From Moraxella sp. (GTDB taxonomy: Bacteria; Pseudomonadota; Gammaproteobacteria; Pseudomonadales; Moraxellaceae), in the NCBI GenBank assembly GCA_030525825.1, contig JAUNDZ010000006.1, positions 12,039-76,038 on the forward strand: a stretch of 64,000 nt of DNA, given 5' to 3'. A program made the position numbers and the translations under genes. Below are positions 29,053-39,386 of the stretch, one piece after another. Position 1 is the stretch's first letter. Each line of letters starts with the position of its first letter. The notes under the pieces were generated by a model. The model made no database searches. It was not told where the DNA came from and saw nothing but the letters and a program-made list of their open reading frames with translations.

Positions 29053-31662
29053 ATGTTAAAACTGCCCACATCAAAATTAACCAGCCTGCTTGGCTTTGGT
29101 AAAAAAAACGCATCGCCGCTGACGGCACATGATGAGCATGAAACCGCCCAAGCTGCCCCAAAAAAAACAGGGGAAGCCCCAAGCACCTACCGCCAAGCAT
29201 CTGCCAAGAGCCTATCTTTGATGGTAAAGCCCACCGTCATCGGTCATGCCCCCATCATCGATAATGACAATCCGACTTTCTATGTGATACGAGATTATTC
29301 TCGCTCAAACAGCCTGCTGGTTGGTATGATGACCGATGAGCTGAATTTGCCATCGGCACTGGCACAGGTCAATCATCTGCCGCTGGCGGAGTCATCAGCG
29401 ATGATTTTTTTGCGTGGGCGTAACAAAGACCGTGAAGATAGCGTCTCGCCACGCTTGCAGCGGCTGGTGGAGATTTGTCTAAATAACCCTGATTTTGATG
29501 TCAATCTGATTCCTGTTACCATTCTTTGGGGGCGTGCCCCTGACAAAGAAGAATCCATGTTTCGCCTACTGGTTGCCGATGAGTGGCGTTCGCCCAGCAT
29601 TCCTAAGCAGCTGTTTAATATCGGTGTGATGGGTCGTGATACCTTTGTGCGATTCTCAGAAGTCAAATCACTACAAAAGCTCATCAAAGATGCCAAAGCG
29701 GGCGTAGATGACAACCTATCCCGCACCATTCATCTAAGACTAAAAGGCTTTTTGGACAAGCAGCGTACCAGCATCGTCGGTCCTGACCTATCCGACAGAC
29801 GCAACGAAGCGGGCAAAATCCTATCATCGCCTGTGGTGCAAGCCGCCATCGAAAAACAAGCCGCTGAATCTGGCAAATCCATCGCCGCCGTCAAAAAAGA
29901 AGCGTCAGGCTACATCAATGAAATCGTGAGCGACTATTCGCATTCGGTGCTCAGATTCTTTGACCATTTTTTGACTTGGCTGTGGACTCGCCTGTATGAT
30001 GGTGTGGAAGTGCGTAATTTTGAGCGAGTCAGACGGCTTGCCCCTGACCATCAGATAGTCTATGTGCCGTGCCATCGCAGCCACATGGATTATCTGTTGT
30101 TGTCTTATGTGATTTATAAGCGGGGACTTCGCATTCCGCACATTGCCGCAGGCGAGAACCTAAACATCCCTGTGCTTGGCGAGATGCTTAGAAATGGCGG
30201 GGCGTTCTTTATGCGTCGCAGTTTTAAGGGCAATGCCTTATACAGCACGGTGTTTAAAGAGTATGTGCATAGTCTCATGCAAAGGGCAGCACCAATGGAG
30301 TATTTCATCGAAGGGGGTCGCTCTCGTTCAGGTCGTCTGCTGCCACCGAAGCTCGGTATGTTGGCGATGACCGTGAACAGCCATCTGCGTGAGCCTGCCA
30401 AGCCTGTGGTCTTTATCCCAACCTACATCAGCTATGAACGCATCATGGAAGGGGCGACCTATGTGGGCGAATTAAAAGGCAAGCCCAAAGAATCTGAAAA
30501 CTGGCTAGGGCTATTAAAGACCGCACGCAAGATTGAACGCATCTTTGGTACGGTGCATCTGTCCTTTGGCGAGCCGCTGTACTTGGACGACTTCATGACC
30601 AAATTTGATGTCAAACCCCAAGACAGCAGCGATGACAACACCAAAAACACGCACGCCATGGTACAAAACTTGGGCGTCAAAGTGCTGCAAAACATCAATA
30701 AATCAGCGGTGGTCAATCCTGTATCGCTCTTGGCATTAGTACTACTCTCCACCCCAAAAGCCGCCCTAGATGAAGAGCAATGCACCGAGCAAATCGCTCT
30801 GTATCAACGCATCGCCAACGCCTTGCCTTATGATGCTGATACCCACATCACCGATTTGTCGCCCAAAGAGATTTTGGCATACGGCGAGAAACTCAAACTC
30901 ATCGAACGCACGCCCCATGTGCTGGGCGACATGATTCGTGTGGCAGATAAGCAAGCACCGCTTTTGAGCTATTTTAGAAACAATATCCTACATGTGTTCA
31001 TCATGGCAAGTTTCTTGGCGGCACTGGTGCAGCGTAACGGTCGCATTTATCGCAGCAAACTTGATGCCATCACCGAGCTGATGTATCCGTTTTTGCAGGC
31101 TGAATTATTCTTAAATACCGCCCTAAAACACATCGGCAAGCTGACCGATGAGACCTTGTCTGTACTGATTGATGAAGGGGTCATTGTGGATTTGGGCGAT
31201 GGCGTGTTGGGCGTGCCTGAGACCAACTCGGACAGCTACCAGCAGCTCATTGTATTGGCAAGTGCTGCCCAGCAGAGTCTGGAACGCTATTTTATGGCAC
31301 TAGCATTGCTGTCCGAGCAGGGCAGTGGTCGCTTGACAGCAGAGCAGGTGGTGAATCTGTGTCATGTGCTCGGGCAACGCATCTCGGTGCTGTATGCGGA
31401 CGATTTGCCTGATATGTTTGATAAGGCGTTGTTCACGAGTTTTCTTGATACCTTGCAGCGTTTGGGCTATATACAGATAGATGAATCTGGCGTGGTGGTC
31501 TTTGATGAACGGATTGACAACATCGCTCAAAACGCCAAATTCGTCCTAACCCCTGACATGATGCAGCTGCTTCGCCATACAGCCAGCCTAGACGATGACG
31601 ACATCGCCACCGCCATTGAGCAGATGAACGCCAAGCGTATCTTTGGCAAGTCCAAGCGATGA
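29053..31662 (+). CDS. plsB: Glycerol-3-phosphate 1-O-acyltransferase
   Basis: PCHRSHMDYLLL, GAFFMRRSF, YFIEGGRSRSG. Confidence 0.95.
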   Translation: MLKLPTSKLTSLLGFGKKNASPLTAHDEHETAQAAPKKTGEAPSTYRQASAKSLSLMVKPTVIGHAPIIDNDNPTFYVIRDYSRSNSLLVGMMTDELNLPSALAQVNHLPLAESSAMIFLRGRNKDREDSVSPRLQRLVEICLNNPDFDVNLIPVTILWGRAPDKEESMFRLLVADEWRSPSIPKQLFNIGVMGRDTFVRFSEVKSLQKLIKDAKAGVDDNLSRTIHLRLKGFLDKQRTSIVGPDLSDRRNEAGKILSSPVVQAAIEKQAAESGKSIAAVKKEASGYINEIVSDYSHSVLRFFDHFLTWLWTRLYDGVEVRNFERVRRLAPDHQIVYVPCHRSHMDYLLLSYVIYKRGLRIPHIAAGENLNIPVLGEMLRNGGAFFMRRSFKGNALYSTVFKEYVHSLMQRAAPMEYFIEGGRSRSGRLLPPKLGMLAMTVNSHLREPAKPVVFIPTYISYERIMEGATYVGELKGKPKESENWLGLLKTARKIERIFGTVHLSFGEPLYLDDFMTKFDVKPQDSSDDNTKNTHAMVQNLGVKVLQNINKSAVVNPVSLLALVLLSTPKAALDEEQCTEQIALYQRIANALPYDADTHITDLSPKEILAYGEKLKLIERTPHVLGDMIRVADKQAPLLSYFRNNILHVFIMASFLAALVQRNGRIYRSKLDAITELMYPFLQAELFLNTALKHIGKLTDETLSVLIDEGVIVDLGDGVLGVPETNSDSYQQLIVLASAAQQSLERYFMALALLSEQGSGRLTAEQVVNLCHVLGQRISVLYADDLPDMFDKALFTSFLDTLQRLGYIQIDESGVVVFDERIDNIAQNAKFVLTPDMMQLLRHTASLDDDDIATAIEQMNAKRIFGKSKR

Positions 31663-31669
31663 TTGGGCT

Positions 31670-31701
31670 AAAAAAGAGCGGAAGTGATTCCGCTCTTTTT
31701 T
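31670..31701 (+). terminator. Intrinsic terminator after plsB
   Basis: AAAAAGAGCGGAA-GTGA-TTCCGCTCTTTTT. Confidence 0.8.
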
Positions 31702-31779
31702 ATTGCTTGTGGTTCAATCGCCATGATATTTAACTGATTGTACTGTTAATAAAAATCGGTTTTTTATTCGCTTTTTAGA

Positions 31780-31805
31780 ATACATTGTATTATAATGCAA
31801 TGTAT
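31780..31805 (+). promoter_or_regulatory. Palindromic operator overlapping the -10 box of the TA operon
   Basis: ATACATTGTATTA|TAATGCAATGTAT (one mismatch) containing TATAAT at 31791-31796. Confidence 0.65.
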
Positions 31806-31824
31806 CCAATATGAGATAATCACC

Positions 31825-32133
31825 ATGTACACCGTTGCCGAAACTGCCCAATTTATCCATCAAGTAGATGATATTTGGACGGATGATGAACGCCTTGAAT
31901 TCTTTGAGTATTTGGTGAATAACCTGTTAAAAGGCGATGTCATCCCCAATGCTAAAGGTTTACACAAAATTCGTTATGCTGCCAAAGGACATGGTAAACG
32001 GGGTGGTGTTCGGATTATCTATTACAATATGCTTGATGATGGTTTGATTGTTGCAGTCGCCATTTATCCCAAAAACGAACAAGAAAACCTAAGTCAAGCC
32101 CAATTAAAACAGCTTGCTAAAAATAAGGAGTAA
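31825..32133 (+). CDS. RelE/HigB-like type II toxin
   Basis: MYTVAET..F, GDVIP...GL.KIR....GKRGGVRIIYY, IYPKNEQENL pattern. Confidence 0.82.
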   Translation: MYTVAETAQFIHQVDDIWTDDERLEFFEYLVNNLLKGDVIPNAKGLHKIRYAAKGHGKRGGVRIIYYNMLDDGLIVAVAIYPKNEQENLSQAQLKQLAKNKE

Positions 32134-32137
32134 TCCA

Positions 32138-32467
32138 ATGAAAAAACTACCTGATTTTGACATCAGCGAAGTCATGCAGGCTATTATTGCCGATGAACCT
32201 GACCTTGCCGACCATCAAGACAGCCTGAGAAGTTCTTTAACTCAGCTTAAAGATGGTGAGTTTGCCCGCACAACCACCATCAGTCAGTCTGTCCAAATCC
32301 GCCAAAAAGCCAATTTATCCCAAAGTCAGTTTGCTCGTGCGATTGGCATTTCGGTCAATACTTTAAAATCATGGGAGCAGGGTCAAAGACAGCCGTCAGG
32401 CTCGGCTCGTGTATTACTTGACTTATTGGCACGCCGTCCAGAGTTAATCAGCGAGCTTGCAACCTAA
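32138..32467 (+). CDS. HigA-like XRE/HTH antitoxin
   Basis: IRQKANLSQSQFARAIGISVNTLKSWEQGQRQPSGSARVLL HTH_3 motif downstream of the toxin. Confidence 0.85.
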   Translation: MKKLPDFDISEVMQAIIADEPDLADHQDSLRSSLTQLKDGEFARTTTISQSVQIRQKANLSQSQFARAIGISVNTLKSWEQGQRQPSGSARVLLDLLARRPELISELAT

Positions 32468-32474
32468 ATCCACT

Positions 32475-33107
32475 TTACGGAGCCAAACGCTCCACCACCC
32501 AATCATCGCCATCTAAGCGATAGCGAATGCGGTCATGTAGGCGAGATGGGCGACCTTGCCAAAACTCAATGGCGTCCGCTCGCACCAGATAGCCGCCCCA
32601 ATGTGGTGGGCGTGGCACATTTAAGGGGTGCTTGATGCCGAACATGGCAGCTCGCTTGACGATGACGGATTTGTCAGTGATGACTTGGCTCTGCTCGCTT
32701 GCCCAAGCCCCGATACGACTGGTGTAGGGACGGCTGTCAAAGTATTCGTCAGATGAGTGTTCATCTAATTTTTCTACCACGCCTTCGATGCGTACTTGGC
32801 GTTCTAATTCCGCCCAAAAAAAGGTGATGCTGATGTAGGGGCTATGTGCCAGAGCCTTTCCCTTGCGGCTGTGATAATTACTAAAAAACACAAAGCCGTC
32901 ATCATTGACTTCTTTTAGTAGCACCATGCGACTGCTGGGGCGACCATTTTCGTCGATGGTGGCGATGTTCATGGCGGTGGGTTCATTGACCTTGGCACTC
33001 ATGGCTTCATCCAGCCACAGCTTGAACTGCTCGATGGGGTTGGCATGACAGTGCGACTTGTCCAGCTCTTGCTTGCTGTATTCTTCTCGGATGTCGTGTA
33101 AATTCAT
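32475..33107 (-). CDS. pdxH: Pyridoxine/pyridoxamine 5'-phosphate oxidase
   Basis: [30 protein letters not shown]. Confidence 0.96.
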   Translation of the reverse strand: MNLHDIREEYSKQELDKSHCHANPIEQFKLWLDEAMSAKVNEPTAMNIATIDENGRPSSRMVLLKEVNDDGFVFFSNYHSRKGKALAHSPYISITFFWAELERQVRIEGVVEKLDEHSSDEYFDSRPYTSRIGAWASEQSQVITDKSVIVKRAAMFGIKHPLNVPRPPHWGGYLVRADAIEFWQGRPSRLHDRIRYRLDGDDWVVERLAP

Positions 33108-33119
33108 GATGTTGCTCGC

Positions 33120-33356
33120 TTATTTAAACTTCACCACACTCACGCCATCTTGACCGTAGCCGTCTTGTTCACGCATGGCGGCGGTCTCATCGATGGTGGG
33201 GCGGCTTTCCTTATGGTCGCAGGCGGTGCATTCGATCCATTCATCAAAGGCGGGCTCAAAGATTTGAATCTGTACCACCGCATCCATCGTGCGGCATTTT
33301 GGGCAGGCGACGCCAGCTAAAAACTGGCGTTTTGGGCGGTTTGATTGATAACGCAT
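33120..33356 (-). CDS. YheV family putative zinc-ribbon protein
   Basis: RQFLAGVACPKC...IECTAC. Confidence 0.8.
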   Translation of the reverse strand: MRYQSNRPKRQFLAGVACPKCRTMDAVVQIQIFEPAFDEWIECTACDHKESRPTIDETAAMREQDGYGQDGVSVVKFK

Positions 33357-33367
33357 AATTCTATACC

Positions 33368-35470
33368 TTATGCCGCATCAGCAAAGCCACTATGACGCAG
33401 CAGGGCATCAATCTGTGCTTCACGCCCAGCAAAGGCGGCAAAGTTCTCTTTGGCGGTGCGTGAGCCACCCATCGCCAGAATGTTGTCATAAAATGCCTGA
33501 CCGATGGCAGGATTTAGCACGCCCACACCATCAGCATTGGCTTCAAACACGCCAAAGGCATCTGCTGACAAAAGCTCTGCCCATTTATAAGAATAATAGC
33601 CTGACGCATAGCCACCAGCAAAGATGTGCGAGAAGCTGTTGGCAAAGCGGTTATTGGCAGGCGGCATGATGACTGCGACTTGTTGGCGGACTTGGTGTAG
33701 GGTGTCTAGGATTTGGGTGTAGTTGTCCAGATTGGCACTGTGAATACGCAAATCAAACAGGGCAAATTCAATCTGACGCAAGGTCTGCAAGCCTGACTGG
33801 AAGTTTTTGGCGGCAAGCATGGCAGATAGCATCTCCTCAGACAGCATCTCGCCCGTCTCGACATGGCGGCTTAGCTTGGCGATGCCTGCCTTATCCCAAG
33901 CGAAATTTTCCATGAACTGACTGGGCAGCTCGACCGCATCCCACTCCACACCGCTGATGCCAGAGACATCGGCGATATTGACACGGGTGAGCAGATGATG
34001 CAGGGCATGACCGAACTCATGGAACAAGGTCAGCACTTCATCATGCGTCAGTAGGCTTGGCTTGCCGTCTGTCGCAGGCGAGAAATTACCCACGATAAAG
34101 CACACAGGCAAGGTCTCATCGCCTGTCAAGGTGGTGTGCTTGCTTTGAAAATCCGACAGCCACGCACCGCCTGACTTACCAGAGCGGGCATATAGGTCGA
34201 TGTATGCACCGCCGATTAAGCCGTCTTTGCCATGCACTTCATAAAACTGCACATCATCATGCCAAACAGGGGCATCCTTGGCAACAAAACGCACGCCAAA
34301 CAGCGTATCGATGATGTCAAACAGCCCATCTAGCACCACAGGCACAGGGAAATAGGGACGAATCGCTTCGCTGTCTAGGCTGTATTTGGCGTTTTGGAGT
34401 TTTTCGCTGATAAAAGGAATGTCCCACGGTTTGACTTCATCGATGCCAAGGTTCTTGGCAAAGTCTTTAATCTCTGTCAAATCCGCTTCGGCATAAGGGC
34501 GGGCTTTGTCAGATAGGTTTAATAAAAACGCTTCAATCTCATCATGTGTGTCTGCCATCTTGGTGGCGAGCGATACTTGGGTGTAGTTGTCAAAGCCAAG
34601 CAGAGCGGACTTTTGTGTACGCAAAGCTAGAATGCGTGTCATGATGTCGCTGTTGTCAAAGGTGGTGGCTTGACCGTCTTTTTCGCCTGCAAAAGTCGAT
34701 TCGCCAGATGCACGAGTGTTGTAGGCGTGGTACAGCATCTCACGCAGCTTGCGGTCGGTGGCGTACTGCATTACCGCCAGATACATCGGCACATCCAGCG
34801 TGGCGACATAGTCGGTGGGTAGAGTGGCATCAGGGTGCTTGGCTTTGTAGTTGTCTCCAGCAGCTTTTAATAAGGCAAGACCGCTTGGGGTGATGCCGTC
34901 CAGCTGCTCTTGGCTAAGCGGTAGAGCAAATGCAGCGGTGGCGTCTAACACATTGTCCGAAAACTTAGCGGACAGTAGCGACAGCTCGCTTTGAATGGTG
35001 GCGAATTTGTCTTTTTTGTCGTCAGGCAGACTCACTCCTGATAAATCAAAGCCTTGTAGGGCAAGTTTGATTGCACGCACACGAGCGATGTCGCTGCTGC
35101 CAGACAGCTCCTTTTCTACTACTTTGTACAGCTCGTATAGGGCTTTTGATTGACCAACACGCACACCAAATTCGCTTAATTTTGGCAAAATCTCATGATG
35201 AGCGTGGCGAATCTCATCATTATTCATCACGCTATTTAGGTGCGACAGCACGCCAAAGGGGCGATGAATGGCGTGGCTTAGGCGGTCAAACTCATCGATG
35301 ATGGCAAGTGGTGTGCCGTCTACCACGCCTTGTTCTATCTTGTCCAAAAACGCATGGGCAACACTAAGTGCGTGCGTGGTATCGTCTGTGAGCTGTTGTG
35401 GGGTGATCTTGTTAAAATCGACCAAGTGCAGGCGTGAATCAAAATCGCTGTGGTGAAAATCAATGCTCAT
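33368..35470 (-). CDS. prlC: Oligopeptidase A (M3 family)
   Basis: LFHEFGHALH, VEWDAVELPSQFMEN, HIFAGGYASGYYSYKWAE. Confidence 0.94.
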   Translation of the reverse strand: MSIDFHHSDFDSRLHLVDFNKITPQQLTDDTTHALSVAHAFLDKIEQGVVDGTPLAIIDEFDRLSHAIHRPFGVLSHLNSVMNNDEIRHAHHEILPKLSEFGVRVGQSKALYELYKVVEKELSGSSDIARVRAIKLALQGFDLSGVSLPDDKKDKFATIQSELSLLSAKFSDNVLDATAAFALPLSQEQLDGITPSGLALLKAAGDNYKAKHPDATLPTDYVATLDVPMYLAVMQYATDRKLREMLYHAYNTRASGESTFAGEKDGQATTFDNSDIMTRILALRTQKSALLGFDNYTQVSLATKMADTHDEIEAFLLNLSDKARPYAEADLTEIKDFAKNLGIDEVKPWDIPFISEKLQNAKYSLDSEAIRPYFPVPVVLDGLFDIIDTLFGVRFVAKDAPVWHDDVQFYEVHGKDGLIGGAYIDLYARSGKSGGAWLSDFQSKHTTLTGDETLPVCFIVGNFSPATDGKPSLLTHDEVLTLFHEFGHALHHLLTRVNIADVSGISGVEWDAVELPSQFMENFAWDKAGIAKLSRHVETGEMLSEEMLSAMLAAKNFQSGLQTLRQIEFALFDLRIHSANLDNYTQILDTLHQVRQQVAVIMPPANNRFANSFSHIFAGGYASGYYSYKWAELLSADAFGVFEANADGVGVLNPAIGQAFYDNILAMGGSRTAKENFAAFAGREAQIDALLRHSGFADAA

Positions 35471-35693
35471 GGTATGTCCAATCTTTGCTGAATTTATAAA
35501 ATGATGAATGTATAAAAATTAATAAGGGCGAGTGGGGTAATTTGCAATGATGATGGGTGTTTTTTGGTGTTATTTTAGGCTTGGGGGTGGTTGGATTGGG
35601 TGGGTTTTCAAGGCTTTGGCTGCTTGATGATAATTATGCCAAAACACAGCAAAAACTGTGCTACAATGCGTTATTTATCATAAGCCTACACCC

Positions 35694-36440
35694 ATGAATC
35701 CCATCACCGTTACCAGTTATAATATCCACAAAGGCATGTCGCCATTAAACCGCTTCGTTAAGCTAGACGGCATGGCATCAGCGATTAAATCCATCGCCCC
35801 TGATGTCTTGTGCTTGCAAGAAGTGCAAGGACAGAACCTAAAACGAGCGGTCGCCTTTAATGAATATCCCGACCAGTCGCAGCACGAGTGGTTTGGCGAG
35901 TATTTGGCGTATGCCGACAGCTACGGCAAAAATGTGCAATATGAGCATGGTCATCATGGCAATGCCGTGCTGTCTCGCCACCCCTTAGACCCTAAGCATA
36001 ATGTCAATATCACCGTAACTCGCCTAGAAAAACGGGGTGTGCTGCATTGTGAGATACACCCTGACGGCTGGGGGGTGCCTGTGGTGGTCTTGTGTGCCCA
36101 TCTGAACTTGTTGCACATGGACAGAGTCAAGCAGTATCAAGCCATCATTGACTATATCGATGGCAATATCGACAAGGACACGCCGCTCATCTTGGCGGGG
36201 GACTTTAATGACTGGACAAAAAAATCGACCCAGATTTTGGAGTCTTTGGGTATGACAGAAGCCTTTCATCACATTCATGGAGCGTACCCTGCCACTTATC
36301 CTGCCAAGATGCCTGTACTGAGCCTTGACCGCATCTATGTACGCAATCTAAAAGTGCATCACGCCACCGTCCATGCTGGCATTCCGTGGTCAAACCTTTC
36401 TGACCATCTGCCGATTAGTGCGGTGGTGGGGCTTGGGTAA
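35694..36440 (+). CDS. Endonuclease/exonuclease/phosphatase family protein (YbhP-like)
   Basis: SYNIHKG, LQEV, GNAVLS, AGDFNDW, LDRIY, SDHLP. Confidence 0.88.
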   Translation: MNPITVTSYNIHKGMSPLNRFVKLDGMASAIKSIAPDVLCLQEVQGQNLKRAVAFNEYPDQSQHEWFGEYLAYADSYGKNVQYEHGHHGNAVLSRHPLDPKHNVNITVTRLEKRGVLHCEIHPDGWGVPVVVLCAHLNLLHMDRVKQYQAIIDYIDGNIDKDTPLILAGDFNDWTKKSTQILESLGMTEAFHHIHGAYPATYPAKMPVLSLDRIYVRNLKVHHATVHAGIPWSNLSDHLPISAVVGLG

Positions 36441-37254
36441 TGCCGTAAGTTTGTGGAGTTTGGCGATTTTTGTTGATGATGTTTAGGATTTTTTGATGGC
36501 GAATGCCTTGATTGTAATCTGGATTGTCATCATCAATGCGATTGCCCTGCTTGTCGATTTTTAGCCACTCGCCATCTAGCTTGGCATCAGCGATGTTATC
36601 TTTAAAATGTCCGATAAAGTCATAAATCATAGGGATAACCAGCTCGCCTTGTGGGTTGATTGCACCCCATGTATCGCCCATTCTCACGCCAGCCAAGCCA
36701 CCAAAGAACTTATGGGCTTCATCGTACTGGGTTTTGATGACGATTTTGCCAGTTTTGTCAATAAATCCCCATTTGCCATCAATCACCACCACCGCCAGAT
36801 TTTCACGAAATTCAGACGCATTGTCATAGCTGGGCTTGATGGCGACACTGCCTGTCTTGTCCATGAAGCCGATTTTGCCGTTTTGTTTGATGACAAGCAG
36901 ACCTTCTTTAAAATCGCTTAGGACTTGGATGTCGTTGGACAGGGTGAATACGGTTTGTCCTTGATGGTCGATAAAGGCAGTCTGATTATCTAACTCAACC
37001 TCTGCCAATCCTTCACTAAATGAGCTGGCATCATCATAAATGATGGGAATGATGATGTTGCCTGCTAAGTCCACAAAGCCTACTTTGCCCCTTTTTTCTA
37101 CTTTTGATAGTCCTTCATAGGGGCAGGCGATATGGCTCAATCGGTGTTTGTTGATAGGGCGTTGGCAAGTGTTGGCAAGGCTGGTATAGGAGTGTGTCAT
37201 AATCAGAGGTATAAATACGCAATAAACAGCGTGTTTTAATGATAATTTCATCAT
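36415..37254 (-). CDS. Exported WG-repeat protein
   Basis: N-terminal signal-like segment; about 5 repeats such as GKWGFIDKTGKIVIKTQYDEAHKFFGGLAGV. Confidence 0.82.
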   Translation of the reverse strand: MMKLSLKHAVYCVFIPLIMTHSYTSLANTCQRPINKHRLSHIACPYEGLSKVEKRGKVGFVDLAGNIIIPIIYDDASSFSEGLAEVELDNQTAFIDHQGQTVFTLSNDIQVLSDFKEGLLVIKQNGKIGFMDKTGSVAIKPSYDNASEFRENLAVVVIDGKWGFIDKTGKIVIKTQYDEAHKFFGGLAGVRMGDTWGAINPQGELVIPMIYDFIGHFKDNIADAKLDGEWLKIDKQGNRIDDDNPDYNQGIRHQKILNIINKNRQTPQTYGITQAPPPH

Positions 37255-37287
37255 AGTTTCCACCATGTTTTTTGTCATACAAAATAA

Positions 37288-37324
37288 CAAAGGGCGAAAT
37301 CTCTCCATAGTTTTTCGCCCTTTG
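37288..37324 (-). terminator. Stem-loop after glmS (REP-like core)
   Basis: CAAAGGGCGAAA...TTTCGCCCTTTG inverted repeat. Confidence 0.6.
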
Positions 37325-37347
37325 TGCTGTATGTCATCAGCTAGACA

Positions 37348-39192
37348 TCATTCTACTGTTACCGATTTTGCCAAGTTTCTTGGCTTATCGACATCGGTGC
37401 CACGCACCAAGGCAACATGGTAGGACAGTAGCTGCACTGCGATGGTATGGACAATCGGCGATAGCACACCGACATGGCGTGGGGTGCGAATCACATGTAC
37501 GCCTTGGGTCTCGGTATAGTCGCTATCAAGGTCGGTCAGCACGAACAGCTCGCCACCCCTTGCACCGACTTCTTGCATATTTGCCTTGACCTTATCTAGT
37601 AGCTTATCATTTGGGGCGATGACCACCACAGGCATATTTTCATCAACGAGTGCTAATGGACCGTGTTTTAGCTCACCTGCTGGATAGGCTTCGGCGTGGA
37701 TGTAGGTCAGCTCTTTTAGTTTTAAGGCACCTTCTAGGGCGATGGGGTAGTGGATGCCACGACCCAAGAATAGAGCTGATGGCTTGGTGGCGAACTTTTG
37801 AGCCCAAGTGGCAAGCTGTGGTTCTAGGTTGATGGCGTGCTGAATGCTGCCAGGTAGTAGGCGTAGCTCTTCGCCATATTGGGCGACTTGCTCATCGCTG
37901 ATGTGTTCACGCAGCTTGCCCAATGTTACTGCCAAGCCGAATAAAATCACTAGCTGTGTGGTAAAGGCTTTGGTACTCGCCACGCCAATCTCCGCCCCAG
38001 CACGGGTGTAGATGGCAAGGGTGCTGTTTCTGGGTAGGGCAGATTCCATGACATTGCAGATGGATAGGCTGTACTCATGACCTTCGCTCATGGCGTATTT
38101 TAAGGCTTCCATCGTGTCTAGCGTCTCGCCTGACTGACTGATGGTGATGATCAGTTCATTCGGGTCGGCGATGACATCACGGTAGCGGTATTCGCTGGCA
38201 ATCTCAACATCACAGCGAATCTTGGCAATCGATTCTAGCCAATATTTGCCTGTCAAAGCGGCATAGTATGAAGTACCGCAAGCCAAAATCTTGATGCTGT
38301 TAATCTTGGCAAACACTTCTGGAGCATTCTCGCCAAAGTTCTCGGCAATAAAACCACCATCCAAGAAAATCTCTGCCGTATCAGCGACGGCTTTTGGTTG
38401 TTCATTGATTTCTTTTTGCATAAAGTGGCTGTATGGACCAAGCTCAAGACTTGCCAAAGACAGCTGAGAAGTTTTGATTTGACGTTGTGGGGCGTTGCCA
38501 TCTTTATCCAATAAAGTCTCAATGCCATCTGCGGTCAAGAGGGCGATGTCACCATCTTCTAGGTAGGTAACTTGACGGGTGAATGACACCACGGCTGAGA
38601 CATCAGATGCGATGAACACTTCACCTTCGCCAAAGCCGATGAGTAGCGGACAACCCATGCGGGCAACGACCATCTTGGTTGGGTCGTCTGGCGTGATGAC
38701 AGCAATGGCATATGCCCCATGAAAGCGAGAGCAAGCGGTCTGTACGGCACGGTAGAGATGACCGCCATTTTGGGTGTATTCGTGGTGAATGCTGTGGGCG
38801 ATGACTTCGGTGTCGGTCTGTGATTCAAAGACGAATCCAAGTGCTTCTAGGCGAATGCGTTCGGCTTCGAAGTTCTCGATGATGCCGTTATGTACCACCG
38901 CAATCGTACCGCCTGAGATGTGCGGGTGAGCGTTCGGCTCGGTAACGCCGCCATGCGTCGCCCAGCGAGTGTGTCCGATGCCGATATTACCGAACAGACC
39001 TTTTGCTTTAGCAGCTTCTTCCATGAGTGCCACACGACCGACACGACGCACTCGTTTGATTTTATTTTCTTCTTGGCTATATACAGCGATGCCAGATGAG
39101 TCATAGCCACGATATTCTAGGCGTTTTAGACCATCGGTCAAAAAATCAACAACATTAGCTTGGCTACGAATAGCCCCAACGATACCGCACAT
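37348..39192 (-). CDS. glmS: Glutamine--fructose-6-phosphate aminotransferase
   Basis: [43 protein letters not shown]. Confidence 0.97.
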   Translation of the reverse strand: MCGIVGAIRSQANVVDFLTDGLKRLEYRGYDSSGIAVYSQEENKIKRVRRVGRVALMEEAAKAKGLFGNIGIGHTRWATHGGVTEPNAHPHISGGTIAVVHNGIIENFEAERIRLEALGFVFESQTDTEVIAHSIHHEYTQNGGHLYRAVQTACSRFHGAYAIAVITPDDPTKMVVARMGCPLLIGFGEGEVFIASDVSAVVSFTRQVTYLEDGDIALLTADGIETLLDKDGNAPQRQIKTSQLSLASLELGPYSHFMQKEINEQPKAVADTAEIFLDGGFIAENFGENAPEVFAKINSIKILACGTSYYAALTGKYWLESIAKIRCDVEIASEYRYRDVIADPNELIITISQSGETLDTMEALKYAMSEGHEYSLSICNVMESALPRNSTLAIYTRAGAEIGVASTKAFTTQLVILFGLAVTLGKLREHISDEQVAQYGEELRLLPGSIQHAINLEPQLATWAQKFATKPSALFLGRGIHYPIALEGALKLKELTYIHAEAYPAGELKHGPLALVDENMPVVVIAPNDKLLDKVKANMQEVGARGGELFVLTDLDSDYTETQGVHVIRTPRHVGVLSPIVHTIAVQLLSYHVALVRGTDVDKPRNLAKSVTVE

Positions 39193-39345
39193 AAGCGTTC
39201 CTTAGTATCAAAAAATTAACAAATAGTAAGCGACCATCTTTATCGCTCCGTCATGACCAATATCACAGATGCTTTTTATTGGCGTGATTATTATAGTGGA
39301 TTTTGTTGGAATGTTGGGGCAAATTGGTCAGTATTTACAAAAATT

Positions 39346-39373
39346 AAACACCCCATTGTCTGTGGGGTGTTTG
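39346..39373 (-). terminator. Terminator of the anion-ABC operon
   Basis: AAACACCCCA-TTGTCTG-TGGGGTGTTT. Confidence 0.65.
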
Positions 39374-39386
39374 ATGAGTGTTGTGA

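Noticed and set aside
35581-35604. G-rich tract as a G-quadruplex
   Set aside because: Only three runs of three or more G; insufficient support
37255-37347. Possible Tn7 insertion at attTn7
   Set aside because: No tns genes or recognisable Tn7 end repeats
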